Source: an uncultured Muribaculaceae bacterium (GTDB lineage: Bacteria > Bacteroidota > Bacteroidia > Bacteroidales > Muribaculaceae). Taken from it: a stretch of DNA of 64,000 bases. The notes beneath the pieces were generated by a model. The model did not search any database and had not been told where the DNA came from. It was given only the letters and a program-made list of their open reading frames with translations. The stretch covers positions 24,598 through 88,597 of the forward strand of contig CAPZWT010000004.1 of the NCBI GenBank assembly GCA_948750375.1, written 5' to 3'. Within the stretch, counting starts at the first letter, position 1; each line of letters starts with the position of its first letter. Positions 9,408 to 18,602 of this stretch are shown here, piece by piece. The position numbers and the translations under genes are program-made.

Positions 9408-10772
9408 ATGATAGTAATGAAATTTGGCGGCACATCTGTCGCCAACGCCGAGGCAATCAAGCGTACCATTGAAATAATACGCTCCAGGCTCGATAAGAAA
9501 CCCATTGTGGTTGTATCGGCTCTGTCAAAGGTGACTGATGCCCTATATAAAATATCTGATTCAGCCAAGTACGGCGAACAGACCATGGCTATAGAGATAA
9601 TCGACAAGCTGCGCGTACGCCATGCCGAACTTGTCGACGAACTTCTCGGTGGCTGTGCATGTAAGGACGAGGCACTCAAGGCCCTTAACATTGAATTCGA
9701 TGAATTGCAAAAACTCGTTGAGGCTGTGATTGTGCTCGGAGAACTCACTCCACGTATCAAGGCTCGCATCATATCAAAAGGTGAATTACTATCGTCTATA
9801 GTGATTGGGCATGCGCTCACCAAATCGGGTATCGCCACATGCCGGCTCGATGCCCGAAGGTTTATTGTCACCAACGACGAGTACCTGCAGGCCCGGCCTA
9901 TAATTGCAGAGATTGAGAGCCACACTCCGGCCGAAATTGAAAGCGCATTCAACAGCGGCTGCAAGGCTGTCATTACACAAGGATTCATCGGGGCTACAAG
10001 CGCCGGAGAGACAAGCGTTCTCGGCCGTGGGGGCAGCGATTATTCTGCATCACTGATAGGTATGGCCGTGTCGGCAAGCGCGATAGAAATATGGACAGAT
10101 GTCGACGGCGTTAAAACCGCCGACCCCAGACGTGTAGCCAACACACAGAGTATAAGTCGCATATCATTTGAAGAAGCTGCGGAAATGGCTCATTTTGGCG
10201 CAAAAGTGCTGCACCCACTCACTATCGAGCCTGCGGTAATGAAAAACATACCTGTTTATGTGCTCAACTCTCTGAATCAAGAGAATAGCGGCACTGAAAT
10301 CGTGAATTACGATGATGTCGAAGACGGTGTCAAATCGATATCATTTAAAGAGGAGATAGTATTGATGAACATCTTCTCTCCGCACATGATTAACATTTCG
10401 GGCTTTCTGATGAAAGTATTCGACATCTTTGCGAAGAACAAGGTATCGGTTGATCTGATTTCAACTTCAGAGGCCAACATCTCTCTTACGATTGACAACG
10501 CCGGCTCTCTTGATGCAGTTTGCGCCTCATTGTCGGAGATTGCCGAGGTGAGAGTCTTGAACGACAAATCGCAGCTGTCGATTATCGGAAAAAATGTGGT
10601 AAAGCAGCGCAGTCTTATAAGCTGGGCTGTGACATCTCTGAAAAACACCAATGTGTACATGATATCGCAGGCCGCCTCGTCGGACAACATCAGTTTTGTC
10701 ATCGACCGCAACCGTCTTGATGAAGTGTTACAAGAATTTCATAATTATCTTTTTGAATACAAGTCGCTATGA
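9408..10772 (+). CDS. lysC: Aspartate kinase with two ACT domains
   Basis: VMKFGGTSV, VVVSAL, LGRGGSDYSA, IWTDVDG, ADPR and GAKVLHP. Confidence 0.95.
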   Translation: MIVMKFGGTSVANAEAIKRTIEIIRSRLDKKPIVVVSALSKVTDALYKISDSAKYGEQTMAIEIIDKLRVRHAELVDELLGGCACKDEALKALNIEFDELQKLVEAVIVLGELTPRIKARIISKGELLSSIVIGHALTKSGIATCRLDARRFIVTNDEYLQARPIIAEIESHTPAEIESAFNSGCKAVITQGFIGATSAGETSVLGRGGSDYSASLIGMAVSASAIEIWTDVDGVKTADPRRVANTQSISRISFEEAAEMAHFGAKVLHPLTIEPAVMKNIPVYVLNSLNQENSGTEIVNYDDVEDGVKSISFKEEIVLMNIFSPHMINISGFLMKVFDIFAKNKVSVDLISTSEANISLTIDNAGSLDAVCASLSEIAEVRVLNDKSQLSIIGKNVVKQRSLISWAVTSLKNTNVYMISQAASSDNISFVIDRNRLDEVLQEFHNYLFEYKSL

Positions 10773-11437
10773 AAGTAGTAATAAGTGGATATGGAAAAAT
10801 GGGCCGTATGATAGAGCAGGTGCTCGCTCAACGCGGCATTGAATGTGCCGGCGTAAGTGAGGATATAGCATCATTCGACAGCAATATTGCAGCCGAAAGC
10901 GTGTGCATAGATTTCACTACTCCCGCGGCTATACACACCAATTACAAAGTTCTTGCCGACAAATTCAAAGCTACCGTAATAGGCACCACCGGCTGGAATG
11001 ATATAAAAGACGAAGTGAAGCAGTACTTCGAACAAGCCGGAAAAACGATGATTTATTCATCCAACTTCTCCGTAGGAGTCAATCTGCTGTTTGCCGCCGT
11101 TGATTATCTCACGAAGAAAATGGCTGTAAACGGAGGTTACTCGCCTTACATCATAGAGAAGCATCATATACACAAGCTTGATGCGCCAAGCGGCACTGCA
11201 CGCACTCTTGCAGATATTATCGAAGATAATCTTGGCACTAACATAGATATTCAATCTGTTCGCTGCGGAGAGATTCCGGGCATACATACAGTAGGATTCG
11301 AGGGCGACGTAGACCGTATAACCGTAACTCACGAAGCATTTTCGCGCATGGGTTTTGCTCAAGGTGCGGTAGAGGCTGCCATAAAAGCCGACCGAATCCC
11401 GGGTGTTCATGATTTTAAAGATATTGTATTTGAATAA
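10769..11437 (+). CDS. dapB: 4-hydroxy-tetrahydrodipicolinate reductase
   Basis: GYGKMG, IDFT, GTTGW, NFSVG and EKHHIHKLDAPSGTA. ATGA overlap with lysC. Confidence 0.95.
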   Translation: MKVVISGYGKMGRMIEQVLAQRGIECAGVSEDIASFDSNIAAESVCIDFTTPAAIHTNYKVLADKFKATVIGTTGWNDIKDEVKQYFEQAGKTMIYSSNFSVGVNLLFAAVDYLTKKMAVNGGYSPYIIEKHHIHKLDAPSGTARTLADIIEDNLGTNIDIQSVRCGEIPGIHTVGFEGDVDRITVTHEAFSRMGFAQGAVEAAIKADRIPGVHDFKDIVFE

Positions 11438-11450
11438 AACCACACCATGT

Positions 11451-12335
11451 ATGAATGTAGACCAATTTAAAGGATGCGCTACGGCATTGCTCACTCCTTT
11501 CAAAAACGGAGAAGTGGATTATGACGCCTACACGAAAATGGTGGAACGTCAGGTTGCCGGCGGGATTGATTTCCTCGTAGCTTTAGGCTCGACAGCAGAA
11601 ACACCTTGTCTCACCGACGATGAGAAAGTGGCCCTTCTCGACATTACCATATCGATGGCCAAAGGCAAGCCGGTCGTAGCCGGAGTCGGCACCAACTCTC
11701 TGATTCACACAATCGCCAATATAAAATTACTCAATGCAGCCGACGCTTATCTTGTTGTAGTGCCCTATTACAACAAGCCCAATCAACGCGGCATGTATGA
11801 GTATTTCAAAGCCGTTGCGGCCTCTACAGACAAACCGATAATATTGTATAACGTTCCTGGCCGCACATCGGCCAATATGTCTGCTCAGACTGTTATAAAA
11901 CTTTCTTCGATTCCCAATATAATAGGTATCAAGGAGGCTTCAGGAAACTTGAAGCAAGTCGCTGATATTATATTCGGAGCCGAAAAAGATTTTATAGCGC
12001 TCAGTGGCAACGATGATCAGACGCTCGACGTTATTACCGCCGGCGGGCACGGTGTCATAAGCGTAGCCTCCAACATTGCACCCCGCATGATGACAGAAAT
12101 GACACATTATGCACTTAACGGTGATGAACGGCGCGCTATAAGAATCTTCAGTTCTCTTATGCCTTTGTTCGACGCATGTTTTGTAGAGAGCAATCCGATT
12201 CCGGCCAAAGCCGCAATGGAAATTCTCGGTTTATGCAAAAACGAAATGCGCCTGCCTCTTGTCGAGTGCGAACCCTCGACCAAGCTGCTTATGACAAATG
12301 TAATAAATAAACTAAATCTCGCTCAACATGGATAA
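11451..12335 (+). CDS. dapA: 4-hydroxy-tetrahydrodipicolinate synthase
   Basis: ALLTPF, GSTAE, PYYNKP, LYNVPGRT, GIKEASG and SNPIPAK. ATG at 11451. Confidence 0.95.
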   Translation: MNVDQFKGCATALLTPFKNGEVDYDAYTKMVERQVAGGIDFLVALGSTAETPCLTDDEKVALLDITISMAKGKPVVAGVGTNSLIHTIANIKLLNAADAYLVVVPYYNKPNQRGMYEYFKAVAASTDKPIILYNVPGRTSANMSAQTVIKLSSIPNIIGIKEASGNLKQVADIIFGAEKDFIALSGNDDQTLDVITAGGHGVISVASNIAPRMMTEMTHYALNGDERRAIRIFSSLMPLFDACFVESNPIPAKAAMEILGLCKNEMRLPLVECEPSTKLLMTNVINKLNLAQHG

Positions 12336-13098
12336 GCTTGAAGAATTCAATAAACTGATGACCCGGCTCGAAGCCGGAGAACTTAGGGTCGCTCAAAAGA
12401 TAAATGGAGAATGGGTTGTAAACAAAGAAATCAAAGAGGCCATTCTTACAGGATTCAGACTCGGCGTACTTAGCGATATGTCGTGCGGCGAATTTTCATT
12501 TATCGACAAGAACACTTATCCTACTCGTAAATTCACTCTTGACGATAAGGTGAGGATTGTGCCCGGAGGCACCACTGTGCGACGCGGTGCATATCTTGCC
12601 CCGTCGACTGTTGTCATGCCGCCGTCGTACATAAACGTTGGCGCATATATCGGAGAAGATACGATGATTGATTCACACGCTCTTGTTGGTTCATGCGCTC
12701 AAGTAGGGTGCCACGTACACCTCTCGGCAGCTTCTCAACTCGGTGGCGTGCTTGAGCCTGTCGGAGCCTTGCCCGTAATTATCGAGGATAACGTGTTTAT
12801 TGGCGGCAACTGCGGCATCTACGAGGGCGTGATAGTGAAGGAGCATGCGGTTATCGCCACCGGTGTGATTATCAATTCGTCGACTCCGGTCTACGATGCT
12901 ACAAAAGCCGAATATGTAGAGCGCGACAGTCAAGGACGCGTCGTTGTTCCCACCGGCGCTGTGGTCGTGGCAGGCAGCCGCCCCATAACCAACGGGCCTT
13001 CGGCAGGCAGCGGAGTACAGCTATACACCCCTGTGATAGTGAAATATCGTGACGACAAAACAGACTTGTCGCTACAACTCGAAAGCCTGCTGCGATGA
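12328..13098 (+). CDS. dapD: 2,3,4,5-tetrahydropyridine-2,6-dicarboxylate N-succinyltransferase
   Basis: LEAGELRVA, RIVPGG, SYINVGAYI, VGSCAQVG, HLSAASQLGGVLEP and hexapeptide repeats. Confidence 0.93.
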   Translation: MDKLEEFNKLMTRLEAGELRVAQKINGEWVVNKEIKEAILTGFRLGVLSDMSCGEFSFIDKNTYPTRKFTLDDKVRIVPGGTTVRRGAYLAPSTVVMPPSYINVGAYIGEDTMIDSHALVGSCAQVGCHVHLSAASQLGGVLEPVGALPVIIEDNVFIGGNCGIYEGVIVKEHAVIATGVIINSSTPVYDATKAEYVERDSQGRVVVPTGAVVVAGSRPITNGPSAGSGVQLYTPVIVKYRDDKTDLSLQLESLLR

Positions 13099-14291
13099 GT
13101 ACTACCGATTTTAGCGAGATGTTCTCCGAGGACACCCGAAATTTCTTCAGGTCGCCGGTGAGGGATATATTCAAGCGGGTTGACCTCAATAAAATATACT
13201 CCTTTGCCGGAGGATATCCTTCTGCCGATACCTTTCCCCTCGACTCATTCGGCGAGATAATGCAGCGAGTATTGGAGCGAGAGGGAGCCTCTGCTTTTCA
13301 ATATGGCGCCACACAAGGAGTGACAAAGCTGCGAGAGGCCATTTCACGGCGATATGGTGTGTCTGTGGCCAATGTACAGATTACATCATCATCACAACAA
13401 GGTATCGACGTATGCACACGTATCCTTATAGACCCGGGCGACGTGATTCTGTCTTTCAATCCGACATATCTGGGCGCTCTACAATCATTCAAGTCTTATC
13501 GGGCCGATGTTGTCGGAGTAAGCGCTAAAAACAATACCGAAGACTTCGAACAAGAGTGGCGCAAGACTATCGAAAAATGTATGGCCGATGGCAAGAGAAT
13601 CAAATTCCTTTACGCCGTAGCAGATTTTCAGAACCCTTCGGGAGAGACTATTTCGCTCGAACAGCGAAAAATGCTGGTTAAACTTGCCGCCGAATACGAT
13701 TTCATTATCGTTGAAGACGCTCCGTACAGAGAGCTCAGATACGAAGGCTGTGATATCGCTACCCTCTACTCTCTCGCCCCTGACAGGGTTGTGCATCTCG
13801 GCTCTTTCTCAAAGATTATGGCTCCGGGATTCCGTCTCGGCTGGATTATTGCCAACGAGCAGATTCTCGACCGCATATACGTATGCAAGCAATCTCTCGA
13901 CCTTTGTCCTCCGGTGTTTGACCAATTTGTAGCCGAAGAGTTTCTGAGCTCGGGAGCCCTTGATGCCAATCTTAAAAAAAGTGTGGAGCTATATCGCAGC
14001 AAACGAGACCTTATGATTAAGACGCTCAAAGAGGAGATGCCCGAAAAAGTTACGTGGACGCATCCCGAAGGCGGACTGTTTCTTTTCCTCACATTGCCCG
14101 AAGGCTTCGACTCGGTGAAATTCTACGACAAATCACTTGATGCCGGGGTCGCTTATGTTGCCGGCCAATTTTTCCACACCGACGGCATAGGAGGCAAAAA
14201 TACAATGCGGCTCAATTTCTCATTCATGTCTCACGAAAGAATCGTAGAAGGCATAAAACTCCTTGGAAAATTACTCAATGAAGTTTTATAA
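13095..14291 (+). CDS. PLP-dependent class I/II aminotransferase (LysN/ARO8-like), probable DapC role by context
   Basis: SFAGGYP, QYG, FQNPSG, EDAPY, GSFSKIMAPGFRLGW (PLP lysine) and RLNFS. No N-terminal HTH, so not a MocR regulator. Confidence 0.88.
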   Translation: MSTTDFSEMFSEDTRNFFRSPVRDIFKRVDLNKIYSFAGGYPSADTFPLDSFGEIMQRVLEREGASAFQYGATQGVTKLREAISRRYGVSVANVQITSSSQQGIDVCTRILIDPGDVILSFNPTYLGALQSFKSYRADVVGVSAKNNTEDFEQEWRKTIEKCMADGKRIKFLYAVADFQNPSGETISLEQRKMLVKLAAEYDFIIVEDAPYRELRYEGCDIATLYSLAPDRVVHLGSFSKIMAPGFRLGWIIANEQILDRIYVCKQSLDLCPPVFDQFVAEEFLSSGALDANLKKSVELYRSKRDLMIKTLKEEMPEKVTWTHPEGGLFLFLTLPEGFDSVKFYDKSLDAGVAYVAGQFFHTDGIGGKNTMRLNFSFMSHERIVEGIKLLGKLLNEVL

Positions 14292-15078
14292 ATATCAGGG
14301 CGCCGGAAACGATTTTCTTATAGCAGATAATCGCATCGGCAATATCTCTCTGACAACAGAAGAAATTCAACGGCTTTGTGACCGCCGCTACGGCATCGGA
14401 GCCGACGGATTGATGTTGCTCGAACTTGCCGATGGCTACGACTTCAAAATGGTGTATTACAACTCCGACGGCTCGGGCGGAATGATGTGCGGCAACGGCG
14501 GCAGATGTATTGTCGCCTTTGCCGACAGATGCGGATTGCACGTAGAACGATTTATCGCCGCAGACGGCCCTCACGAGGCCGCTATTTTGAGCCGTATGGG
14601 CAATACGCTTGAAGTGAAGCTCAAAATGAAAGATGTCGACAACATTGTGACCTACCCTCAGCCGGATATAAACGGCAGGTTTCTTGATACCGGAACACGA
14701 CATCTCGTTTGTCCGGTAGATAATATAGAATTGTTTGATGTGGAGAACGAGGGTCGCAGACGCCGTCGGCTTGAGGAATTTGCTCCTGTCGGAGTAAATG
14801 TCAATTTCATCGAGCGGGAAGGCGAAATTCTTAAAGTACGCACCTTTGAAAAAGGGGTTGAAGCCGAGACCTACGCCTGTGGAACGGGTATCACGGCTTC
14901 AGCAATAGCCGAATGGCATATGCTGCACACTGAAACTTCTGTGGCAACTCCTGTAATAACAAAAATCAAGGCTCTCCGCGATGAACTTGCCGTGGAGTTC
15001 ACGCCCACACCCAATGGAGCGGACGACATCCACCTTATAGGACCGGCAACTTTTATCGCCGAGATTATAACTGCTTAA
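14278..15078 (+). CDS. dapF: Diaminopimelate epimerase
   Basis: KYQGAGNDF, GIGADG, MCGNGGRC, NVNF and RTFEKGVEAETYACGTG. ATG at 14278. Confidence 0.95.
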   Translation: MKFYKYQGAGNDFLIADNRIGNISLTTEEIQRLCDRRYGIGADGLMLLELADGYDFKMVYYNSDGSGGMMCGNGGRCIVAFADRCGLHVERFIAADGPHEAAILSRMGNTLEVKLKMKDVDNIVTYPQPDINGRFLDTGTRHLVCPVDNIELFDVENEGRRRRRLEEFAPVGVNVNFIEREGEILKVRTFEKGVEAETYACGTGITASAIAEWHMLHTETSVATPVITKIKALRDELAVEFTPTPNGADDIHLIGPATFIAEIITA

Positions 15079-15088
15079 GGTCTGTTAT

Positions 15089-16123
15089 TCAATAGCTGAA
15101 TTTTACAAGAACGCCCTTATGGTCGCTCGGCCATGTTCCGATGGGTGTCAGAATAGTATCCATAGTCTGCTCGGGCACACGCTCGCCGCGCACAATAGAG
15201 CCTGCCGGGCCTACCAGCATGGCTTCTGTGAGACTCCAGCCCTCGGACGGAATATAATATATAAAATCGATGCGGTCGCGCTCGTCGGCATCGGGAGCCC
15301 AAGTAAGCTTGTTGACCGGTTTTACAGGATTGTCTGACGGGAATGTGAAGCCGGGATGTGTTACAGGATTGGGATATTTCATACGGTATGCATCGCGGAA
15401 ACCGGCCTCGTAAAGCAACGACGAACAGCTCCATGGCACAATAGCGCCGTTGTGGTCCCAGAGATTCTTTGTATCCTCGCCCCAGTCGAGATGCGAGGGC
15501 TCGTTGAAGTCACCGCCAAACAGAAACAGGTCGGCACTATGCTGTCGCGCATCGGCTATCACCGCACGAGTAGCCTCGTCGCGGTGCGACAAGTCGTTTC
15601 CGGCCATAATTGAATCTGTGTCTGTCACCGGGGCATCAATTTTCTTCCAAGTAGTGCCGCTGTAACCCCTCGGCAGATAGCACTCATAGTGGGTGTAGTC
15701 GAGATGTCCGGTGTATACAATCACCTTCTCACCCGATACGTCAAGAGTAGTGCGTATGACGCCGTTGTGCTCATTCCATACAATATCCTGCTCCACAATG
15801 GGGAACTTCGACACGAGTTGTACGTCGAGAGTGCTTCCATTAGCAAAATACTCCCTTCCATGCAAACTCAGAGAGTCGAGCAAAGCCGGAATATAAAACG
15901 CGTCCTCGCGGTTGTGAGCCTCGCAAAGCATGACTATATCGGGATTGAGGCGCACTATTTCGTCGACAACAGCAGCGAAACCGTTTTCCACATTCTTTGC
16001 CTCCATCCACACGTTAAGCTGCATTACGCTCAACTCATTGCCGCTCGCAGGCATTGCATACGACGTACAGCCCGTAAATACAAGGCCGGCGACTGCTGCG
16101 ATACGCTTCAAATACTTTTTCAC
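15089..16123 (-). CDS. Secreted endonuclease/exonuclease/phosphatase family protein
   Basis: Signal peptide; EEP motifs QLNVW, PDIVMLCE, GGDFN, RIDFI and SDH. Confidence 0.85.
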   Translation of the reverse strand: MKKYLKRIAAVAGLVFTGCTSYAMPASGNELSVMQLNVWMEAKNVENGFAAVVDEIVRLNPDIVMLCEAHNREDAFYIPALLDSLSLHGREYFANGSTLDVQLVSKFPIVEQDIVWNEHNGVIRTTLDVSGEKVIVYTGHLDYTHYECYLPRGYSGTTWKKIDAPVTDTDSIMAGNDLSHRDEATRAVIADARQHSADLFLFGGDFNEPSHLDWGEDTKNLWDHNGAIVPWSCSSLLYEAGFRDAYRMKYPNPVTHPGFTFPSDNPVKPVNKLTWAPDADERDRIDFIYYIPSEGWSLTEAMLVGPAGSIVRGERVPEQTMDTILTPIGTWPSDHKGVLVKFSY

Positions 16124-16178
16124 GTCTTCTTTATTTATGTTGTGATATGATTGGGCTTTATAAATCGCTCCAAAAAGA

Positions 16179-16216
16179 AATTACCCTTGCCACAGAAATC
16201 TGCATCAAGGGTAATT
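16179..16216 (-). terminator. Terminator after the FKBP cluster
   Basis: AATTACCCTTG / CAAGGGTAATT 11-bp inverted repeat, followed on the minus strand by TCTTTTT. Confidence 0.65.
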
Positions 16217-16246
16217 ATTAACTTAGGGGCATAAAAGCAGGTCCCG

Positions 16247-17128
16247 TCAATGAGTGGGATTGATGTCGATAAGCTCGACTTCAAATACAAGCATTTCGTT
16301 AGGACCGATGCCTGCCTGAGGCTGTCCGTTGGGGCCGTATCCGAGCTTGCCGGGGATGTAAAGGGTAGCTTTGCCGCCCTTGGCAATCTGCATGAGGCCT
16401 TCTCGGAAACCGGGCACAACGCCCTGGAGATTAAATGTAGCCGGACCGCGACCATCGGTGGTATCGAAAACTTCACCGTTGAGGTGCTTGCCGGTATAGT
16501 TTACAACGACTGTAGCCTCTTCAGTGGGCTTGTTGCCTGTGCCTTCAGCCTCAACTACGTATACGAGTCCGGAGGGAAGTGTCTGGGCGTTGCTGTTTTT
16601 GGCCTTAATGGCTTCCACAGCCTTTACGCCTGCGGCTTCATTCTCGATTGCCTCGGGAGCATTTGCCTTTTCGGCATCCTTGGCGGCACGGGCCTGTTCA
16701 GTTGCAGCCTCCATCATGCGACGGAAAGCGGCCATACGGTTCTGTACGTCGACAGCCGAAACAGAGTCGGCAAGGAATGCCTTTTTGAATGCGGCAACGG
16801 CTTTGGTCTTATCGATTGTCACACCCTGCTGCTCGAGCTGCTCGAGTTCGGAAAGCATGTTGAGAGCCACCTGCATGCCGATGCGCTCGTTGCGGTCGGC
16901 CTTCTGAGAGAATACAAGCTGGAAGCCACGAATAAAATCGTTTCTGAGGGCTTTCTCCGAGCCTGCATACTGGCTGAATTCATTCTGCATCATACCGCCG
17001 GCAAAATCGCCGTAAGCGACCGAGATAGAGTCGTTGGCTGCGCAAGAGCCTTTGTCTGCGTCACATTTACCGCAGGAAGCAACTGCAAGAGCCATGAGGG
17101 CGCAAGCGCCCCAAATTATTTTCTTCAT
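16247..17128 (-). CDS. FKBP-type peptidyl-prolyl isomerase, lipoprotein
   Basis: Lipobox-like AVASC; C-terminal FKBP domain (SGLVY, VNYTGK, VVPGFREG, LVFEVEL). Confidence 0.9.
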   Translation of the reverse strand: MKKIIWGACALMALAVASCGKCDADKGSCAANDSISVAYGDFAGGMMQNEFSQYAGSEKALRNDFIRGFQLVFSQKADRNERIGMQVALNMLSELEQLEQQGVTIDKTKAVAAFKKAFLADSVSAVDVQNRMAAFRRMMEAATEQARAAKDAEKANAPEAIENEAAGVKAVEAIKAKNSNAQTLPSGLVYVVEAEGTGNKPTEEATVVVNYTGKHLNGEVFDTTDGRGPATFNLQGVVPGFREGLMQIAKGGKATLYIPGKLGYGPNGQPQAGIGPNEMLVFEVELIDINPTH

Positions 17129-17139
17129 AATAGCTTATG

Positions 17140-17814
17140 TTATTTTATGTCAATAAAATCAATTACGAACTGCAACGCGCAGTCGGGAGGAATCACCCCG
17201 GTCACACCCTCGCGTCCGTATGCAAGCTCGGCCGGAATAGTCAGGCGATATTTTCCGCCGGCTTTAAGCAGAGGAAAGGCCTCAGTCATGCCCCGGGTCA
17301 GTGCAGACACTGGAGATGCAAGGGGCTCTTCACTCTCGGGAATCGAATCGAACACTGTGCCGTCGGGTAAGGAACCGGTGTATCGGAAAACGACTGTGCT
17401 TTCTGCATCGGGCGACGCACCGGTGCCCGGCACAAGTGTCTCTATAACGAGGCCGTCGGGCAACTGCTGCGCACCTTGCCTTGCAGCGGCGGCAGCAATA
17501 AAATCGTTGCTTTCGGCCACAGCACGCGCCGTGAGAGCGCGGTCGATGACACGGTTTGCCGCATCGTGTGCCGCCTCATTATAAGGCTTGGCAAGCTCCG
17601 CGAGAATGAGTCGTTTCACCACGGCGGTATCTACACTCACGCCCGTTTTTTCGAGATTTGACAGAGCGTTGTCAACCGACAGCTTAATATTCGATGCAAC
17701 GAACACAGCCACAGCCTCGTTGAGGGAATCGGCATCTGTGGCGGCTGCAAAAGCCTGAACAGAAGCCGACACCGACAGCAGAGCGGCAGCCACGACTTTG
17801 GCAGCGATTGTCAT
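17140..17814 (-). CDS. FKBP-type peptidyl-prolyl isomerase, secreted
   Basis: Signal peptide; FRYTGSLPDGTVFDS, IPAELAYG and IPPDCALQFVI. Confidence 0.85.
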   Translation of the reverse strand: MTIAAKVVAAALLSVSASVQAFAAATDADSLNEAVAVFVASNIKLSVDNALSNLEKTGVSVDTAVVKRLILAELAKPYNEAAHDAANRVIDRALTARAVAESNDFIAAAAARQGAQQLPDGLVIETLVPGTGASPDAESTVVFRYTGSLPDGTVFDSIPESEEPLASPVSALTRGMTEAFPLLKAGGKYRLTIPAELAYGREGVTGVIPPDCALQFVIDFIDIK

Positions 17815-18437
17815 TTGCCGTTTACTGCGAGAAGTTCTACGTCAAATATAAGAGTCTGGTTGGGGCCGATTATACCGCCGGCACCCTGAGGACCGTAGGC
17901 AAGAGCCGACGGCACGAACAGACGCCATTTGGCACCTACTTTCATGAGCTGAAGAGCCTCTACCCAGCCGGGGATAACCTGAGTGACACCGAATGTGGCG
18001 GGCTCGCCACGGTCGACACTCGAATCGAATACAGTGCCGTCGATAAGCTTGCCTGTGTAGTGCACGGTCACCTGGTCGCCGGCAGTGGGCTGTGCGCCGT
18101 CGCCTTCCTTCACAACTTCGTACTGCAGCCCAGAGGGGGTTGTCTTCACTTCAACACGCTTTCCGTTTTCGAGCAGGAACTCGGCACCGGCTTTGGCGTT
18201 TACATCGGCCATAGCAGCAGCCTGCTCCTCCTGCTTTTTCTGGAGAGCGGTAAAATATTCATTTATAATTTTTTTAGCTTCGTCGAAGCTGATTCGGGGT
18301 GTCTCGCCAAAATATACGGCAGCTACGCCGTCGGCAAAATCCTGAGGGTTAATCTTATCAATGCCTGAGCCTTTGAAATTGTGTCCCATGCTCAGACCGA
18401 GAGCATAGCTCAGACGGTCGAATTCTTTTGTGTTCAT
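17811..18437 (-). CDS. fklB: FKBP-type peptidyl-prolyl isomerase (FklB/Mip-like)
   Basis: SYALG N-terminal dimerisation domain; VHYTGKLIDGTVFDSS, VIPGWVEAL and LIFDVELL. Confidence 0.9.
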   Translation of the reverse strand: MNTKEFDRLSYALGLSMGHNFKGSGIDKINPQDFADGVAAVYFGETPRISFDEAKKIINEYFTALQKKQEEQAAAMADVNAKAGAEFLLENGKRVEVKTTPSGLQYEVVKEGDGAQPTAGDQVTVHYTGKLIDGTVFDSSVDRGEPATFGVTQVIPGWVEALQLMKVGAKWRLFVPSALAYGPQGAGGIIGPNQTLIFDVELLAVNGK

Positions 18438-18459
18438 AGTTAGTCTTGTTATTCTTTGG

Positions 18460-18467
18460 CAAAATTA
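18460..18467 (-). promoter_or_regulatory. -7 promoter element for the FKBP cluster
   Basis: Reverse complement TAATTTTG, 22 nt upstream of the fklB ATG. Confidence 0.55.
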
Positions 18468-18602
18468 TACATTTTCACTTAACTTACCAACAGATTAACA
18501 AATTAAATAGCCTGCGGTTTATTGACCGTAGCTTTTAATATTAATAAAACCGAGAGCAGTCAAAGCATCAGTCAGGCTCTGAAACGGAGGGCAATTACCG
18601 GT

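Noticed and set aside
16250..17584. 444-aa plus-strand ORF and other long antisense ORFs (e.g. 26139-27413, 24461-25504, 48564-49466)
   Set aside because: They are shadow frames exactly opposite well-supported genes, have no recognisable motifs, and are expected from the codon bias.
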